A stretch of 64,000 bases of DNA, from assembly GCF_006345805.1 (NCBI RefSeq), contig NW_021834283.1, positions 1-64,000 of the forward strand. The letters are read 5' to 3'. Of this stretch, positions 12,576 through 27,540 are shown piece by piece; within the stretch, counting starts at the first letter, position 1; each line of letters begins with the position of its first letter. The notes below the pieces were generated by a model, which saw only the letters and a program-made list of their open reading frames with translations, made no database searches and was not told where the DNA came from. The translations under genes were made by a program, and so were the position numbers. The DNA comes from Octopus sinensis. Taxonomy: Eukaryota.

Positions 12576-12823
12576 TTGGGTTTTTTATTTGGATTGCAAG
12601 ATTCTTTATATGAGTTCGTGTGTTGAACATTGCCTTATAATGTAACACACTCACCGGTAAAATTTTCACTTTTTCTTATTTTTATTTTTATTTTTAAGAA
12701 AGAAGTGGAATTTTACCGGTGAGTGTGTTACATTATAAGGCACAAAAAGAAAATGACTCTCCCCAGACACAACAGAATATATATATATATATTATATATA
12801 ATATATATATATAGATATATATA

Positions 12824-12871
<48 letters not shown>

Positions 12872-13125
12872 ATATATATATATATATATATTTGTGTGTG
12901 TGCCTTTGTGCATGTGTTTGTCCCGAAATATTGCTTCACAACGGGTGTTGGATTGTTTATGTCCCCATAATAGCAGTTTGTCAAAAGAGACCAATAAAAT
13001 AAGTAGCAGGCTTTAAAAAATTGTACTGGGGGCCGGTTCGTTCGACTAAAAGCTCTTCAAGGTGATGCTCCAGCATGGCCCCAGTCTAATGACTGAAACA
13101 ACGAAAGGATAACAGATAAAAAGAA
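12355..13125 (+). mobile_element. SINE A with a fold-back insert in its internal (TA)n
   Basis: Head at 12355, tail near 13060-13125. Confidence 0.82.
12631..12742. repeat. ~46-bp inverted repeat (Penelope-like inverted junction) inside (TA)n
   Basis: tgccttataatgtaacacactcaccggtaaaatt... / ...aattttaccggtgagtgtgttacattataaggca. Confidence 0.85.
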
Positions 13126-13703
13126 ATAAAACCAAATATAAATGTCAGAAAGCGGACCAAAATGGCTACACAAAATACGAATGTAGACCTTTTGTGAAAT
13201 ATCTTACATGAAATAAGAGACAGGAGCCGAAAAAAAAACAACAAAAATTAGAATTTCTCCATCGATGTTTAACTCTCATTACCCAAGCTACGTCATTAAT
13301 ACTATTAATGTCATTAAATCGATATCACTAATTGTTATTTATTCCTAAATTGTCTCATAATGGTTTTGTCTTGTCAGTTATTTATGAGCTCCGAATAAGT
13401 TCGCTTGAAAAGACACAATTTGCAAATACTGCGGCAACGATTGTTATTATTGTTGTTGAGCAAATGGCTTCTGTCATCTCCTAGGGTCAATCAAAGCAAG
13501 GGAAATTTTGCCAGACAGACATTATATGAAAACATATTGCAGGGACCGGTTCTGATTTCGGAGTGGTCCTTTCTTAGGTTTTTGGGTTCATTTGGTGACA
13601 GTCATTCTATTTCACGCATGCGCGTCAGATCTGGTCTCTGGTTTCAAGATAACTTTAATCCTTCCAACAGTGTCCAAAGTGTCGAGAAAAGTCATGGGCC
13701 GTG

Positions 13704-14775
13704 TGCAGGCGTGGCTGTGTGGTAAGAAGTTTGCTTTCCAACCACATGATTCCGGGTTCAGTCCACTGTGTGACACCTTGGGCAGGAGTCTTCTTATTTC
13801 TTTATTGCCCACAAGGGGCTAAACATAGAGTGGACAAACAAGGACAAACAAAAGGATTATGTCGATTATATTGACCCCAGTGCGTAACTGGTACTTAATT
13901 TATCGATTCCGAAAGGATGAAAGGTAAAGTCGACTTCAGCGGAATTTGAACTCAGAACGTAACGGCAGACAAAATACCTATTTCTTTACTACCCACAAGG
14001 GGCTAAACACAGAGGGTACAAACAAGGACAGACAAACGGATCAAGTCGATTATATCGACCCCAGTGCGTAACTGGCACTTATTTAATTGATTCCGAAAGG
14101 ATGAAAGGTAAAGTCGACCTCGGCGGAATTTGAACCCAGAACGTAGCGGCAGACGAAATACCTATTTCTTTACTACCCACAAAGGGCTAAACACAGAGGG
14201 GACAAACAAGGACAGACAAACGGATCAAGTCAATTATATCGACCTCAGTGCGTAACTGGTACTTCTTTAATCGACCCCGAAAGGATGAAAGGCAAAGTCG
14301 ACCTCGGCGGAATTTGAACTCAGAGTATAACGGCAGACGAAATACCCCTAAACATTTCACCCGGCGTGCTAACGTTTCTGCCAGCTCGCCGACTTAATGA
14401 GACGATGGTAGAAGACTCCTTGGGAAAGAGTCTTCTACCATGGCCACGAGCCAACGAAAGTCTTGTAAGAAGATTTGGTAGACGGAAACCGAAAGAAGGC
14501 CATCGTAAGTGCGCGCGCGCGCGTGCGAATGTGTGTGTGTGTCTGTGTGTGTGTATTTATGTGTCTGTGTTTGTCCCCTACCGCCGCTTGACAACCGGTG
14601 TTGGTGTGTTTACGTCCCCGTAAATTAGCAGTTAGGTAAAAGAGACCGATAGATTAAGTACCAGGTTTTTAAAAAAAAAAATACTGGGGTGGATTTCTTT
14701 GACTAAATCTCTTCAAGACTGTGCCCAAGCATAACCGCAGTCTAACAACCGAAACCAGTAAAAGATAGAAGACAA
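13704..14775 (+). mobile_element. SINE A interrupted by a SINE B trimer
   Basis: Head gcaggcgtggctgtgtggtaag at 13704; the body resumes at ~14430. Confidence 0.8.
13794..14391 (-). mobile_element. SINE B trimer (~184-bp internal unit)
   Basis: Three tandem central domain plus tail units, junctions at ~13977 and ~14161. Confidence 0.9.
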
Positions 14776-15036
14776 AGCTCATACAACCCTCCCCACCCAC
14801 AAAAAGGTAACTACAGCAACGAAAAATATAATTAAATAATCCTGCCAAGTCTAGTAATTAGTGAAGAATTCCACCCTTTCCACTGTCTTCCACTTCCACC
14901 TTCCAACTTCACTTTCTCGCCCCTCTCTCCTCTTCCTTACATACAGACACACACACACACACACACATACACACACATATATATATATATATACATGCAA
15001 ACATATGTGTGTATGTGTGTATATATATATACACAT

Positions 15037-15262
15037 GCTGCGAGCCGACAGAAACGTTAGCGCGCCGGGAGAAATGCTTAGCGGTATTTCGTCTGTCGTT
15101 ACGTTCTGAGTTGAAATTCCGCTGAGGTCGACTTTGCCTTTCATCCTCTCGGGGTCGATAAATAAAGTACCAGTTTCGCACTGGGTCGATGTAATCGACT
15201 TAATCCCTTTGTCTGTCCTTGTTTGTCCCCTCTGTGTTTAGCTCCTTGTGGGTAGTAAAGAT
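15037..15262 (+). mobile_element. SINE B monomer
   Basis: Complete head, central domain and tail. Confidence 0.88.
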
Positions 15263-15265
15263 ATT

Positions 15266-15317
<52 letters not shown>

Positions 15318-15414
15318 TAATATATATATATATATATTATATATATATATATTATATATACATACACACTCACTCACACACGCACGCACAAGCGCGCGCG
15401 CACACACTCCTTTT

Positions 15415-15725
15415 GACTTTTACTTGGATCCTGTCACTGGATTGCGGCCATTTCTGAGCAGCGGCAGAAGGGTTGACTCATTCTGTTAAAGTTCTTCAAG
15501 GCGGTGCCCCAGCATGGCCGCTGTCTAATGACTGAAGCAAGTAAAAAGATAAATATAGGACAGGCTTCTACACAGTTTTCGTCTAACAAATTCACTCATG
15601 AGCCATTGGTTAGACAGGGGCGTAAGTAGAAAACAGTTGTCCAAGGAGCCACGCTGTGGGATTGAACACGAAACGTCGTGATTGCAAAGCAAGCCTATTA
15701 ACCACAAAGCGTGCTCGCGCCTATT
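15415..15725. mobile_element. SINE A fragments in both orientations
   Basis: Tail pieces at 15415-15550 and a minus-strand head at 15560-15725. Confidence 0.65.
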
Positions 15726-16494
15726 TGCATAATACTTAAAACACATGTCATACAAAATATACACACGAACACGCGCAGGCGCACACATGCGTGCGTACAT
15801 ATGTGAATATGAGTGTATATGCACTCTCATACATACATATGAAGTTTTCGCTTCATAACAAATTACAAAACTGATAAAAAAAAGTTTAATTAACAAAAAA
15901 AGCGCAATCAAAAATGATGTAAAGAAATCAAAAGAAAAGGGCTAAGAAAAAAGAAAAAAGAAAGAAAGAAGAAAAGGAAGAAAGAAAGAAGGAAGAATTG
16001 GAAGAGAGAAAGAAAGAAAAATATATTTCTCTTGAATAATTAGGAAAGATTAAACGAACATTGCAAATTACAGATGAAATACAATCAGTCGAAAAACGGT
16101 TCAAAGACTTCATTTAATAAAAACATATTTTATCTCAGCATCTTTCTTCAAAATGATTAAAACAGCTGGCATAGCGACCATTTAGTTGCTGGGCGCTGGA
16201 AAAACTTATGTTTATGGCTACGACAACGCTGTTCGCTGGAGGTTTGATTTAATATCAGTATCACCGGCTTCAACGCAACAGCAGCTTATTTTCGTCTTTA
16301 GTTATTCTGTTTCTAAACACGAGGTTGTACTGGAGACTGCTACTAAAGGGGAGAGAATCGTTTCTAGGTTTATTTCTCTCATGTTGAGGAACCTGTATCG
16401 TAGGGTGAAGAGCATAAATATATTTCTCTATAATATTTTATTTTGTTTCTTCTTTTCCATGAAATAAGCTCCTTAAGGTCTCCGGTTTCAAAGT

Positions 16495-17008
16495 GGAACC
16501 TTGGCGGCATTTCAACTCAGAACGTAATGACTGACGAAATACCGCGAAACATTTTGCTCGGCACGATAACGATTCTGCCAGCTTGCCGCCTTAATAATAA
16601 TAATACCACCACCACCAACAACAACAACAACAACAGCAACAACAATAATAATGGTTTCAAATTTTTGCCACAAGGGCAGCTTGGGGAAGGGGATTAAGTC
16701 GATTAGATCGACCCTAGAGCGTAGCTGGTACTTATTTGATCGACTCCGAAAAGATGAAAATCTAATCGACCTCAGAGGAATTTGAACTCAGAACGTAACG
16801 GCAGACGAAATACCTATTTCTTTACTACCCACAAGGGGCTAAACACAGAGGGTACAAACAAGGACAGACAAACGGATTAAGTCGATTATATCGACCCCAG
16901 TTTGTAACTGGTACTTAATTTATCAACCCTGAAAGGATGAAAGGCAAAGTCGACCTCGGATGCATTTGAACTCAGAACGTAAAGACGGACGAAATACCGC
17001 TAAGCATT
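16495..17008 (-). mobile_element. SINE B fragment plus SINE B dimer (tail 2 terminal)
   Basis: Junction gacgaaatacctatttctttactaccc at ~16805-16830. Confidence 0.8.
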
Positions 17009-17390
17009 GTGTGGTAAGTAGCTTGCTTACCAACCACGTGGTTCTGGGTTCATTCCCACTGCGTGGCACCTTGGGCAAGTGTCTTCTACTATAGCCTCAG
17101 GCCGACCAAAGCCTTGTGAGTGGATTTAGTATATATGTATATATATGTATGTGTGTGTGTATATGCTTGTGTGTCTGTGTTTGCCCCCCCCCCCAAACAT
17201 CATTTGATAACCGATGCTGGTAATATCTACGTCCCCGTAACTTAGCGATTCGACAAAAGAGACCGATAGAATAAGTACTAGGCTTCCAAAGAATAAGTCC
17301 TGGGGTCGATTTGCTCGACTAAAGGTGGTGCTCCAGCATGGCCACAGTCAAATGACTGAAACAAATAAAAGAGTAAAAGAGTAAAAAGAG
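17008..17390 (+). mobile_element. SINE A
   Basis: Near full-length match; tail repeats aaaagagt. Confidence 0.88.
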
Positions 17391-17392
17391 TA

Positions 17393-17441
<49 letters not shown>

Positions 17442-17470
17442 TGATAATAATAATGATAATAATAATGATA

Positions 17471-17735
17471 AAATCTAAAAACAGAAACAATCCCTATCAT
17501 AGTAGGTGCATTAGGTATGATAAAAAAAATCTAGACGAATACATAGCAAAAACACCAGGACTTACAAACACATATAACATACAGAAAATTGCACTACTGG
17601 GCACTGCACACATCCTACGCAGAACACTTTCCATACAGTAACCATCAGAGCACCACAACAAATCACAACACATACCCAAGGCACACAGAGCTGCGCTCGG
17701 TAGTGAAGTGAAAGCACGCTATAAAAACGAAACTA

Positions 17736-17738
<3 letters not shown>
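17471..17738 (+). mobile_element. R4/Dong-like LINE 3' fragment in (TAA)n
   Basis: NLKTETIPIIVGALG and IQKIALLGTAHILRRTLS (RLE-LINE C-terminus); TAA repeats on both sides. Confidence 0.82.
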
Positions 17739-17797
<59 letters not shown>

Positions 17798-18774
17798 CGA
17801 TGACGATGATGATGATGATGATGATGATGACGATGACGATGACGACGACGACGACGACGACGACGATAATAATAATAATAGTAACGATGCTGCTGCTGAT
17901 GATGATGATAATTATCCGGATGAAACATTATGTGTGGATAATGTGATTCTAAAGGTTCATTTTGTATGCCATAAAAATATAAAAGAAATGAATAAATATA
18001 GAAATGGTTTGTAAAAGGGCCAGCGATTCTATGAAGAATAAGCGATTTAAATGATGCTCTCTATTAGCGCCAGTAGTCTTTATTTAGGAAATAACGTGAA
18101 ATACATTAACGAAGAAGTCAAGGCGACATTTTGCCAACTCTCACACAGAAGTACTTATCAGCTGGCTGCCAATTTGATATGTGGTTTACATTTCCAACAC
18201 TCTTGCTTCACTTTAAATGGCTCTATTACCATTTTAAATATCGATCGAAGAGACTAAATCTAATTTCGAGAAAAACGTTAAAAAAGAAAAAAAAAAGATC
18301 AGGAAAAACAACCAGAGAAAAACACACAAAAACGTTGAGAATAAAATAAAGCAAATATTTAAAAAATGATTATTTATTTGATATTTTTTATTTCATTTTA
18401 ATTTATTTTATTTAAAATTTTCTTTCACTTTGTTGCCAGACCTTGACCAAAATAAATTCTAAAATCTAAATTATGTTCTCTTTCTCTGTCTGTCTGGAAT
18501 AGTAATGTTTGGCTTTCGCCAGGAACAAGTTCGAAGACGAGCCAGAAAAGAAAACTTATACGTTATCGTTCGATATATTAGAAATAGCTGTCAAATTTCC
18601 TTCAAATCATGCATTACCGTCTTAAATAAAGAAGGAGGTGCATTGAATAAATTAGTTTTAAATACACTTGTGTTTGGAAAAAGAAAGAAAATGGCTGCGA
18701 GTGTCAAACTTGGAACACTTTTGATCATACGGTTGCTGAACAAAGTCTGGCCTGAAATCTAGCAACAACAGCAG

Positions 18775-18975
18775 CAGTGGAGGCGCAATGGCCCAGTGGT
18801 TAGGGCAGCGGACTCGCGGTCGTAAGAATGCGGTTTCGATTCCCAGACCGGGCATTCTGAGTGTTTATTGAGCAAAAACACCTAAGCTCCACGAGGCTCC
18901 AACGGGACGGTGGGATGAACCCCGCTGTACTCCTTGACCACAGCTTTCTCTCACTCTTTCTTCCTACTTCTGCCA
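18775..18975 (+). mobile_element. SINE C (3'-truncated)
   Basis: gtggaggcgcaatggcccagtggttagggcagcggactcgcgg head. Confidence 0.85.
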
Positions 18976-19779
18976 CAAAGCAGAGGAACCATGGTGTAAC
19001 CCACTATGGTGTGGTAAACTTTCAAACCCTAGTCTAGATTGCTAATCCTCTGTACTCCAGGATGGTTCAGCTCTCCACCCGTTAAAAGCCACCGTTTACG
19101 GAATGAGGATGACAACGTAGCTTTCGCGCCCGTGCAACCGCCAGTCTATCGCAGTCTATTCTTTGTAGCTTCGAGTAGGCTCGAATTAGAGATTATTCTT
19201 TGTGGCTAATGGCGTGAGTCCTGATTGGAAGAAGAAGAAGAAGAAGACAGTGACAGCAACGACAACGACGACGGCAATGACACGGCACTAGTCAAAGAGG
19301 GAGCCTCTTCGTCGTCATTCGACCAGCTTTAATAACAGCCAAATTCCCCCCAAACACCACATTACCATCTTAAAACAAAAATTACATTGGACAATGTAGT
19401 CCTAGATACACTGTACACGAAAATGAAATAAGAGGCAATGGCTAAAGATGGAACTCAGCGGTGTTCTAGCCTTGGACTGTTCAATCAGGACTGACTTGAA
19501 GCTAAGCGAAAACATAAGATTTTTGTAAACAAATTATAGTTGATAGAAAACCACTGGCTGTTGCAATGCAGATCGAACATTAAATATCCATAAAGACAAT
19601 GACAAAAATACTAAAATGATACCTGAGAAATATTTAGCTATTCACGATATTTCGGATAAACTACCCTTTTCAAAAGAATTCACAGAAGAGAGAAATACCT
19701 GCATTTTTATTGGTTTGCTCCAAGGTCAGAACTGATATAATAGTCCTATGAATAAAAGCAATCCAATACTGTTTATGCG

Positions 19780-20167
19780 TAAGGCGGCGAGCTGGCAGAA
19801 TCGTTAGCACGCCGGGCGAAATGCGTGGCCGTACTTCGTCTGCCGTTACGTTCTGAGTTCAAATTCCGCCGAGGTCGACTTTGCCTTTCATCCTTTCGGG
19901 GTCGATTAAATAAGTACCTGTTACGCACTGGGGTCTATATAATCGACTTAATCCGTTTGTCTGTCCTTGTTTGTCCCCTCTGTGTTTAGCTCCTTGTGGG
20001 TAGTAAAGAAATAGGAATTTCGTCTGTCTTTGCGTTCTGAGGTCGACTTTGTCTTTCATCCTTTCGAGGTCGATAACTTAAGTACCAGTTACATACTGGG
20101 GTCGATCTAATCGGTTGCCCCCCCTACCCCCCGATATTTCGGGCCTTGTTCCTAAAGTAGAAAAGAA
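19780..20167 (+). mobile_element. SINE B dimer (tail 1 internal, tail 2 terminal)
   Basis: ...gtagtaaagaaatag|gaatttcgtc... junction at ~20014; ends tttcgggccttgttcctaaagtagaaaagaa. Confidence 0.85.
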
Positions 20168-20744
20168 TGCTAATTATGTCTATCATGCACAGCATTATAC
20201 AAATTTACCTTCTTTTACAAAAATGGTGTGTAATTAAAATGAAATGTTAGCTGATATTTCAAATAGAAATTATACTTTTTAGACAGTGACAGTAGTATAT
20301 TACTAGTAATTATTTTGTTTGTAAGAGCGGAAGTATGCAGTGATGAGGAGTCGTTTATCCTCCTCCCAAATCGACAATAGATGTTTAAAGAACAGTGAGA
20401 TCGATACAAACGTCAGGAAAAAATACATATTTATTTGATTGGAGCATGAGGTTAAGGATATAGCAGAGACTCACGAACATACATACATACACAGACCGAA
20501 GCATTCATATATGCACACACTGGGAAGCACACACATATTCACATACATGTACTAACTCACACATACACTCACATACAGATACACATACAGTTCTCTTTAC
20601 AACCACATAGTTTTGGGTTCACTCCCATTGCGCTGCATCTTGGGCAGGTGTCTTCTACTATAGCCTCGGCCCGACCAATGCCTTGGGAGAGGATATGGTG
20701 TATGGAAGCTGTATGGACGCTCTCCGTGCTCATATATATATATG

Positions 20745-20746
20745 TA

Positions 20747-20811
<65 letters not shown>

Positions 20812-20864
20812 GTCTGTCTGTCTGTCTGTCTGCCTGTCTATCTGTCTGTCTGTCCGCCTGTCTA

Positions 20865-20899
<35 letters not shown>

Positions 20900-20937
20900 G
20901 TCTGTCTGTCTGTCCGTCCAGCCGTCTGTCTGTCTAT

Positions 20938-20974
<37 letters not shown>

Positions 20975-20992
20975 CGTCCGTCCCTCTGTCTC

Positions 20993-21068
<76 letters not shown>

Positions 21069-21078
21069 CATATCTACA

Positions 21079-21155
<77 letters not shown>
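20745..21155. repeat. (TATC)n/(TGTC)n microsatellite
   Basis: Read directly; continues at 22417-22535 after the LINE insert. Confidence 0.95.
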
Positions 21156-22524
<1,369 letters not shown>

Positions 22525-22732
22525 CATCTATCTATCACTGTATGTATGTATGTATGTATCTATATATGTGCATGTGTGTGTGTGTGTGTGTGAGTGTGTG
22601 TGTTTATGTGTATATATGTGTGTATGTGTATATATGTGTGTGTCCTTGTGTTTGTCCCCTTCTACTAGTTGAACGAATCGTATAACTAAGCGGCTCGGCA
22701 GAAGTGCATACATACATATATACGTGCAAATA

Positions 22733-22949
22733 CAAGGTGGCCCAAAAGTAGGTGTACAGTTATTCAACTATTTCTTTCGCATTCATATATTAATTAACAG
22801 TTTAGATCTTAATTATAAAAAAAAATAAGAAGTCATTATTCTATACTAATTTAGTTAATTGTAAGATAGAAATTTAGTTGTAATGAAATGTTTTAAACGA
22901 AATTTAAAGTGCCTACGTGATAACTGTAAACCTACTTCGGACCACCCTG
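22733..22949. mobile_element. Tc1-like MITE
   Basis: TIRs caaggtggcccaaaagtaggtgtacagttat / ataactgtaaacctacttcggaccaccctg with TA flanks. Confidence 0.82.
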
Positions 22950-23331
22950 TATAGAAACATATTCAAACATACGTACAATCATACATTCACACATACATAC
23001 GCACATACCTACCTACCTACCAACCTACCTACCTACCTACCTACCTACCTACCTACCTACCTACCTATTTATCTATCTACCTACCTACCTACCTACCTAT
23101 CTACCTACCTAATTTTCTATCTACCTACATACCTACCTACCAACCTACCTACCTACCTACCTACCTACCTACCTACCTACCTACATACATACATACATAC
23201 ATGCATCCATTCACACATATTCTTACATATGAACAACCATACATTCATACACACATACATACATACATACATACATACATACAAACATACATACATATAT
23301 ACATTCACACATACATACATACATACATACA

Positions 23332-23365
<34 letters not shown>

Positions 23366-23391
23366 CATACATACATACATACATACATACC

Positions 23392-23490
23392 CTGTTGTTG
23401 ATGTTGAAATTCCAATGAAAGACCCTTGGATCTAGGTTAGAAACCGGCTCTTTCTCTATTGGCAAGAAATAAAACTGAACAATGACATAC
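23392..23490 (+). mobile_element. Short dispersed repeat tied to (TACA)n (also at 27720-27755, 28912-29005, 37410-37465, 44630-44735)
   Basis: Consensus gttgaaattccaatgaaggagccttggatctaggttagaaaccggctctttctctattggcaagaaat...aatgacatacatac. Confidence 0.7.
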
Positions 23491-23539
23491 ATACATACAT
23501 CCACACATATAATTTATACAAACGTGCAACCATACATTC

Positions 23540-23698
<159 letters not shown>

Positions 23699-24088
23699 GT
23701 ACATACATACATACATACATATATACACGCATCCACACATACATATATATATATATATACACATTCACATGCATATACTTATATTCGCACGTACATATAT
23801 GGTAAACATTTTGATTTACAAATGTTTTCTGTGTCGTACTGTTGTGTATATATATTTTTTATTAGAATTTTTTATTAGAATTTCCTAATTAACGGTTGTT
23901 ATTTAGAAAATGTAAATGTTTTTATTAGCTGCGTTTCAAGGTCACTTTTAATCATCAGCAAAAATTGTGTCTTTCCTCCTCCTCGTGCTCTTTTTATGCT
24001 TCTCTCTCTCTCTTTCTCTCTAATATATATGTGTGTGTGTGTGTGTACATTTATACCTGTATGAACAGACACACATCTGTCTGTCCAC

Positions 24089-24145
<57 letters not shown>

Positions 24146-24146
24146 A

Positions 24147-24204
<58 letters not shown>

Positions 24205-24205
<1 letters not shown>

Positions 24206-26383
24206 TTAGCAGACAGCAGCATATTCCCTAATGAACAGAAAGGATGTAAACGTGGATCCTACGGCTGTAAAGATCAACCACTCATCAATAAGATGATCTT
24301 AGAAGATTGTCACAAACGACACGAAAACTTATCAATAGCCTGGATAGACTATAAAAGGGCTTTTGATAGCCTATCACATAGCTGGATTTGGAAATGCCTG
24401 GAAATGTATAAGATAGCACCTACTCTGCGAAACGTTTTGACTGTAAGTATGAGATCATGGAGAACCACACTAACTCTGAACAGTGACAATGAATCCCTAA
24501 ATGCTGGTGATGTAAAAATTTCATGTGGCATTTTCCAGGGTGACTCACTGTCACCACTCCTCTTTTGTTTAGCCTTAATACCTCTCTCAAAACTGCTCAA
24601 TGACGCGAAGTACGGGTATAAAATGTTTGATAAAAATATAAATCATCTCATTTACATGGATGATTTAAAGCTTTTTGCCAAAAAATGACCAGCAACTCAA
24701 GGGCTTACTAGCCAAACAATTCAGTGACGACATCAGAATGCAATTCGGCCTCGATAAATGTGCAAAAGCTACCTTTATCAAAGGAAAAATGACAGAAACA
24801 TCTAACGTTAACCTTGACCAGCAGAATGTCATAAAAGAACTAGACCCAGCGGAGAGCTACAAGTACCTAGAGGTAATTGAAGGGGACGGAATAAGGCATT
24901 CAGAGATGAAGGAAAGGTTCAGGAGAGAATGTTATCGAAGAGTGAGAGCAATACTCAAGACAGAGCTGAATGCAAGAAACAGGATCGAAGCGATCAATGC
25001 ATTAGCCATACCAGTCGTGACTTACAGTTTCAATATCGTTAACTGGTCAATTACTGAAATATGTCAGCTCGACAGAAAAATACGAAAACTGTTGATAATG
25101 CATAGGATGCACCACCCTAAGGCAGATACAGAACGACTTTATCTGCCAAGAAAAGAGGGAGGCCGTGGTCTTTTACAACTGGCAATAACAATGAAGATTG
25201 CTACAATTGGCCAAGACACCTACCTGAAAAAGTCTGAGGACTGGATGTTAAAACTTGTCTCAATACATGAAAACAAGAAAGCATCATACTCAGTAACAAA
25301 ACAGGCAAAGGAATATCTAAGTGAATTCCGAATACAACAAATTTCGGAATTAGAGATAGACATACAAGAAACAAGCACAGAAAAAGCTAGGCGCATGAAA
25401 ACCCGTGCCAAAACTGCGGCCTTAGATATTCTGAATAATAAATGGCAAGAAAAACCTCTCTATGGCAAATACCCAAAGAGAGCGAATAATGCAGATATTG
25501 ACAAAGCCCTGACCCATCAATGGCTAATGGCCTCTGGCTTAAAATCTGAAACAGAAGGGTTTATCATAGCAGCTCAAGATCAATGCATACCAACAAGAAA
25601 CTACCAGGCCAACATATTAAAGAACGGCAGTAGCCCAACATGTCGTGTATGTCGACAACAAAATGAAACCATTGATCATGTTGTCTCCAAATGCAGTCTT
25701 CTAGCGCCTACAGAGTACCTCAGTAGGCATGATAGAGCTGCACAATATATTCACTGGGTAATTTGCAAAAACCTGGATTTGCCCCATGAAAAAAACTGGT
25801 GGGAACACAATCCACCTCCAGTGCTTGAAAATGACCACATCTCACTCCTCTGGAACTTCACCATTCAAATTGACAGAAAGATAGATGCAAATAGGCCAGA
25901 CATCATATTGAAAACTTCAGACAAGAACATGCCTCCTTATTGATATGACTGTCCCAATCGATATAAACGTATCTGTCAAGACCTACCAAAAACTGAGCAA
26001 ATATAAAGATCTTGAAATAGAAATCAGCAAAATGTGGAACCTGAAGACTAAAACAATACCTGTTGTCATAGGTGCCCTGGGAATGATAGCGAAAGGGGCT
26101 GATTGCTACCTAACTCAGATACCAGGAAACCCCAAAATGGCAGAAATTCAAAAGATAGTGCTCATATCCTATGCAAAATACTCACTATGTAATCCCAAGG
26201 TTTAAAACAAACTTTAAAAAAAAAAATTATTTATTAGACATTCACTAGTACAACACCAACCCCACCCAAATATATGGCACACTAGGCACAACAACAACGT
26301 GAACTGCCAACCTGTTGTCTCTTGAGGTCTCTGGGTGAGACTTGGAGTCAACTTGTACAAACATAAAGCAAAAGTCAAACATA

Positions 26384-26384
<1 letters not shown>
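24205..26384 (+). mobile_element. 5'-truncated R4/Dong-like non-LTR retrotransposon (RT, zinc knuckle, restriction-like endonuclease) in (TAA)n
   Basis: [76 protein letters not shown]; frameshifts near 24685 and 25915; (AAT)n on both sides. Confidence 0.92.
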
Positions 26385-26449
<65 letters not shown>

Positions 26450-26494
26450 TGATAATGATGATGATGATGAGGATGATGATGATGATGATGATCT

Positions 26495-26949
26495 CTTTCA
26501 TCTCTTTTTCAGTCATTTGAATGCGGCCATGCTGGAGCACCGCCTTTAGTCGAGCAAATCGACCCCAGGATTTATTCTATGTAAGCCTAGTACTTATTCT
26601 ATCGCTCTCTTTTGCCGAACCGCTAAGTTAGGGGACGTAAACACACCACCATCTGTTGTCAAGCGATGTTGAGGGGACAAACACAGACACACAACACACA
26701 CGCACACACACACACACACACACACAACACACACACACACACACACACACAACCCACACACATATATATATAATATAATATACATATATACAACGGGCTT
26801 TTTCAATATCCGTCTACCAAATCCCTCACAAGCTTTGGTCGGCCCGAGGCTATAGTAGAAGACACTTGCACAAGGTGCCACGCAGTGGAAATGAACTCGG
26901 AACCATGTGGTTGATACAAGCTACTTACCACACAGCCACTCCTGCGCCT
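26495..26949 (-). mobile_element. SINE A
   Basis: Full-length reverse copy. Confidence 0.88.
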
Positions 26950-26964
26950 ATGATAATAATAATA

Positions 26965-27011
<47 letters not shown>

Positions 27012-27070
27012 TGGTGGTGATGATGATGATGATGACGATGATGATGATGATGATGATGATAATAATAATA

Positions 27071-27115
<45 letters not shown>

Positions 27116-27116
<1 letters not shown>

Positions 27117-27476
27117 TCCTGCATCGTAAAGAAAGAGGATGAAAAATTGCCCGTTTGATTCCAGCGTCATAAAGAAAGAGGACAAAAAAATACAATCCCT
27201 TAAAATTTGAAATAGGAAGAATCCGATAATGAGAATAGTAAAGGTCGTGCCTGTAATAATTGGCACGTTGGTAACAGCAAGCAAAAATATAGACAAATGG
27301 CTGAAGGAGATTGGGATGGAATGCCCGGTGGAACTCCTACAGAATTTTTTTTTTCTCGTAGGGACAGCAACGGTTATCAGGAGAGTTCTAAGCATTTGAA
27401 AGACAGCTGAAACATTTAGAAACACCCTACCTACGTAAATCATACCTGGAATAACACCGAACCTGAACTAAAACAA

Positions 27477-27477
<1 letters not shown>
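27116..27477 (+). mobile_element. R4/Dong-like LINE 3' fragment in (TAA)n
   Basis: VKVVPVIIGTL and GTATVIRRVLS; TAA repeats on both sides. Confidence 0.7.

Positions 27478-27539
<62 letters not shown>

Positions 27540-27540
<1 letters not shown>

Noticed and set aside
13794-14391. Regularly spaced repeats as a CRISPR-like array
   Set aside because: The units are whole SINE modules without unique spacers; eukaryotic context and no cas genes.
18775-18850. tRNA-Arg-like sequence (and the other SINE heads)
   Set aside because: It runs directly into a SINE body and lacks a proper acceptor stem, so it is not a tRNA gene.
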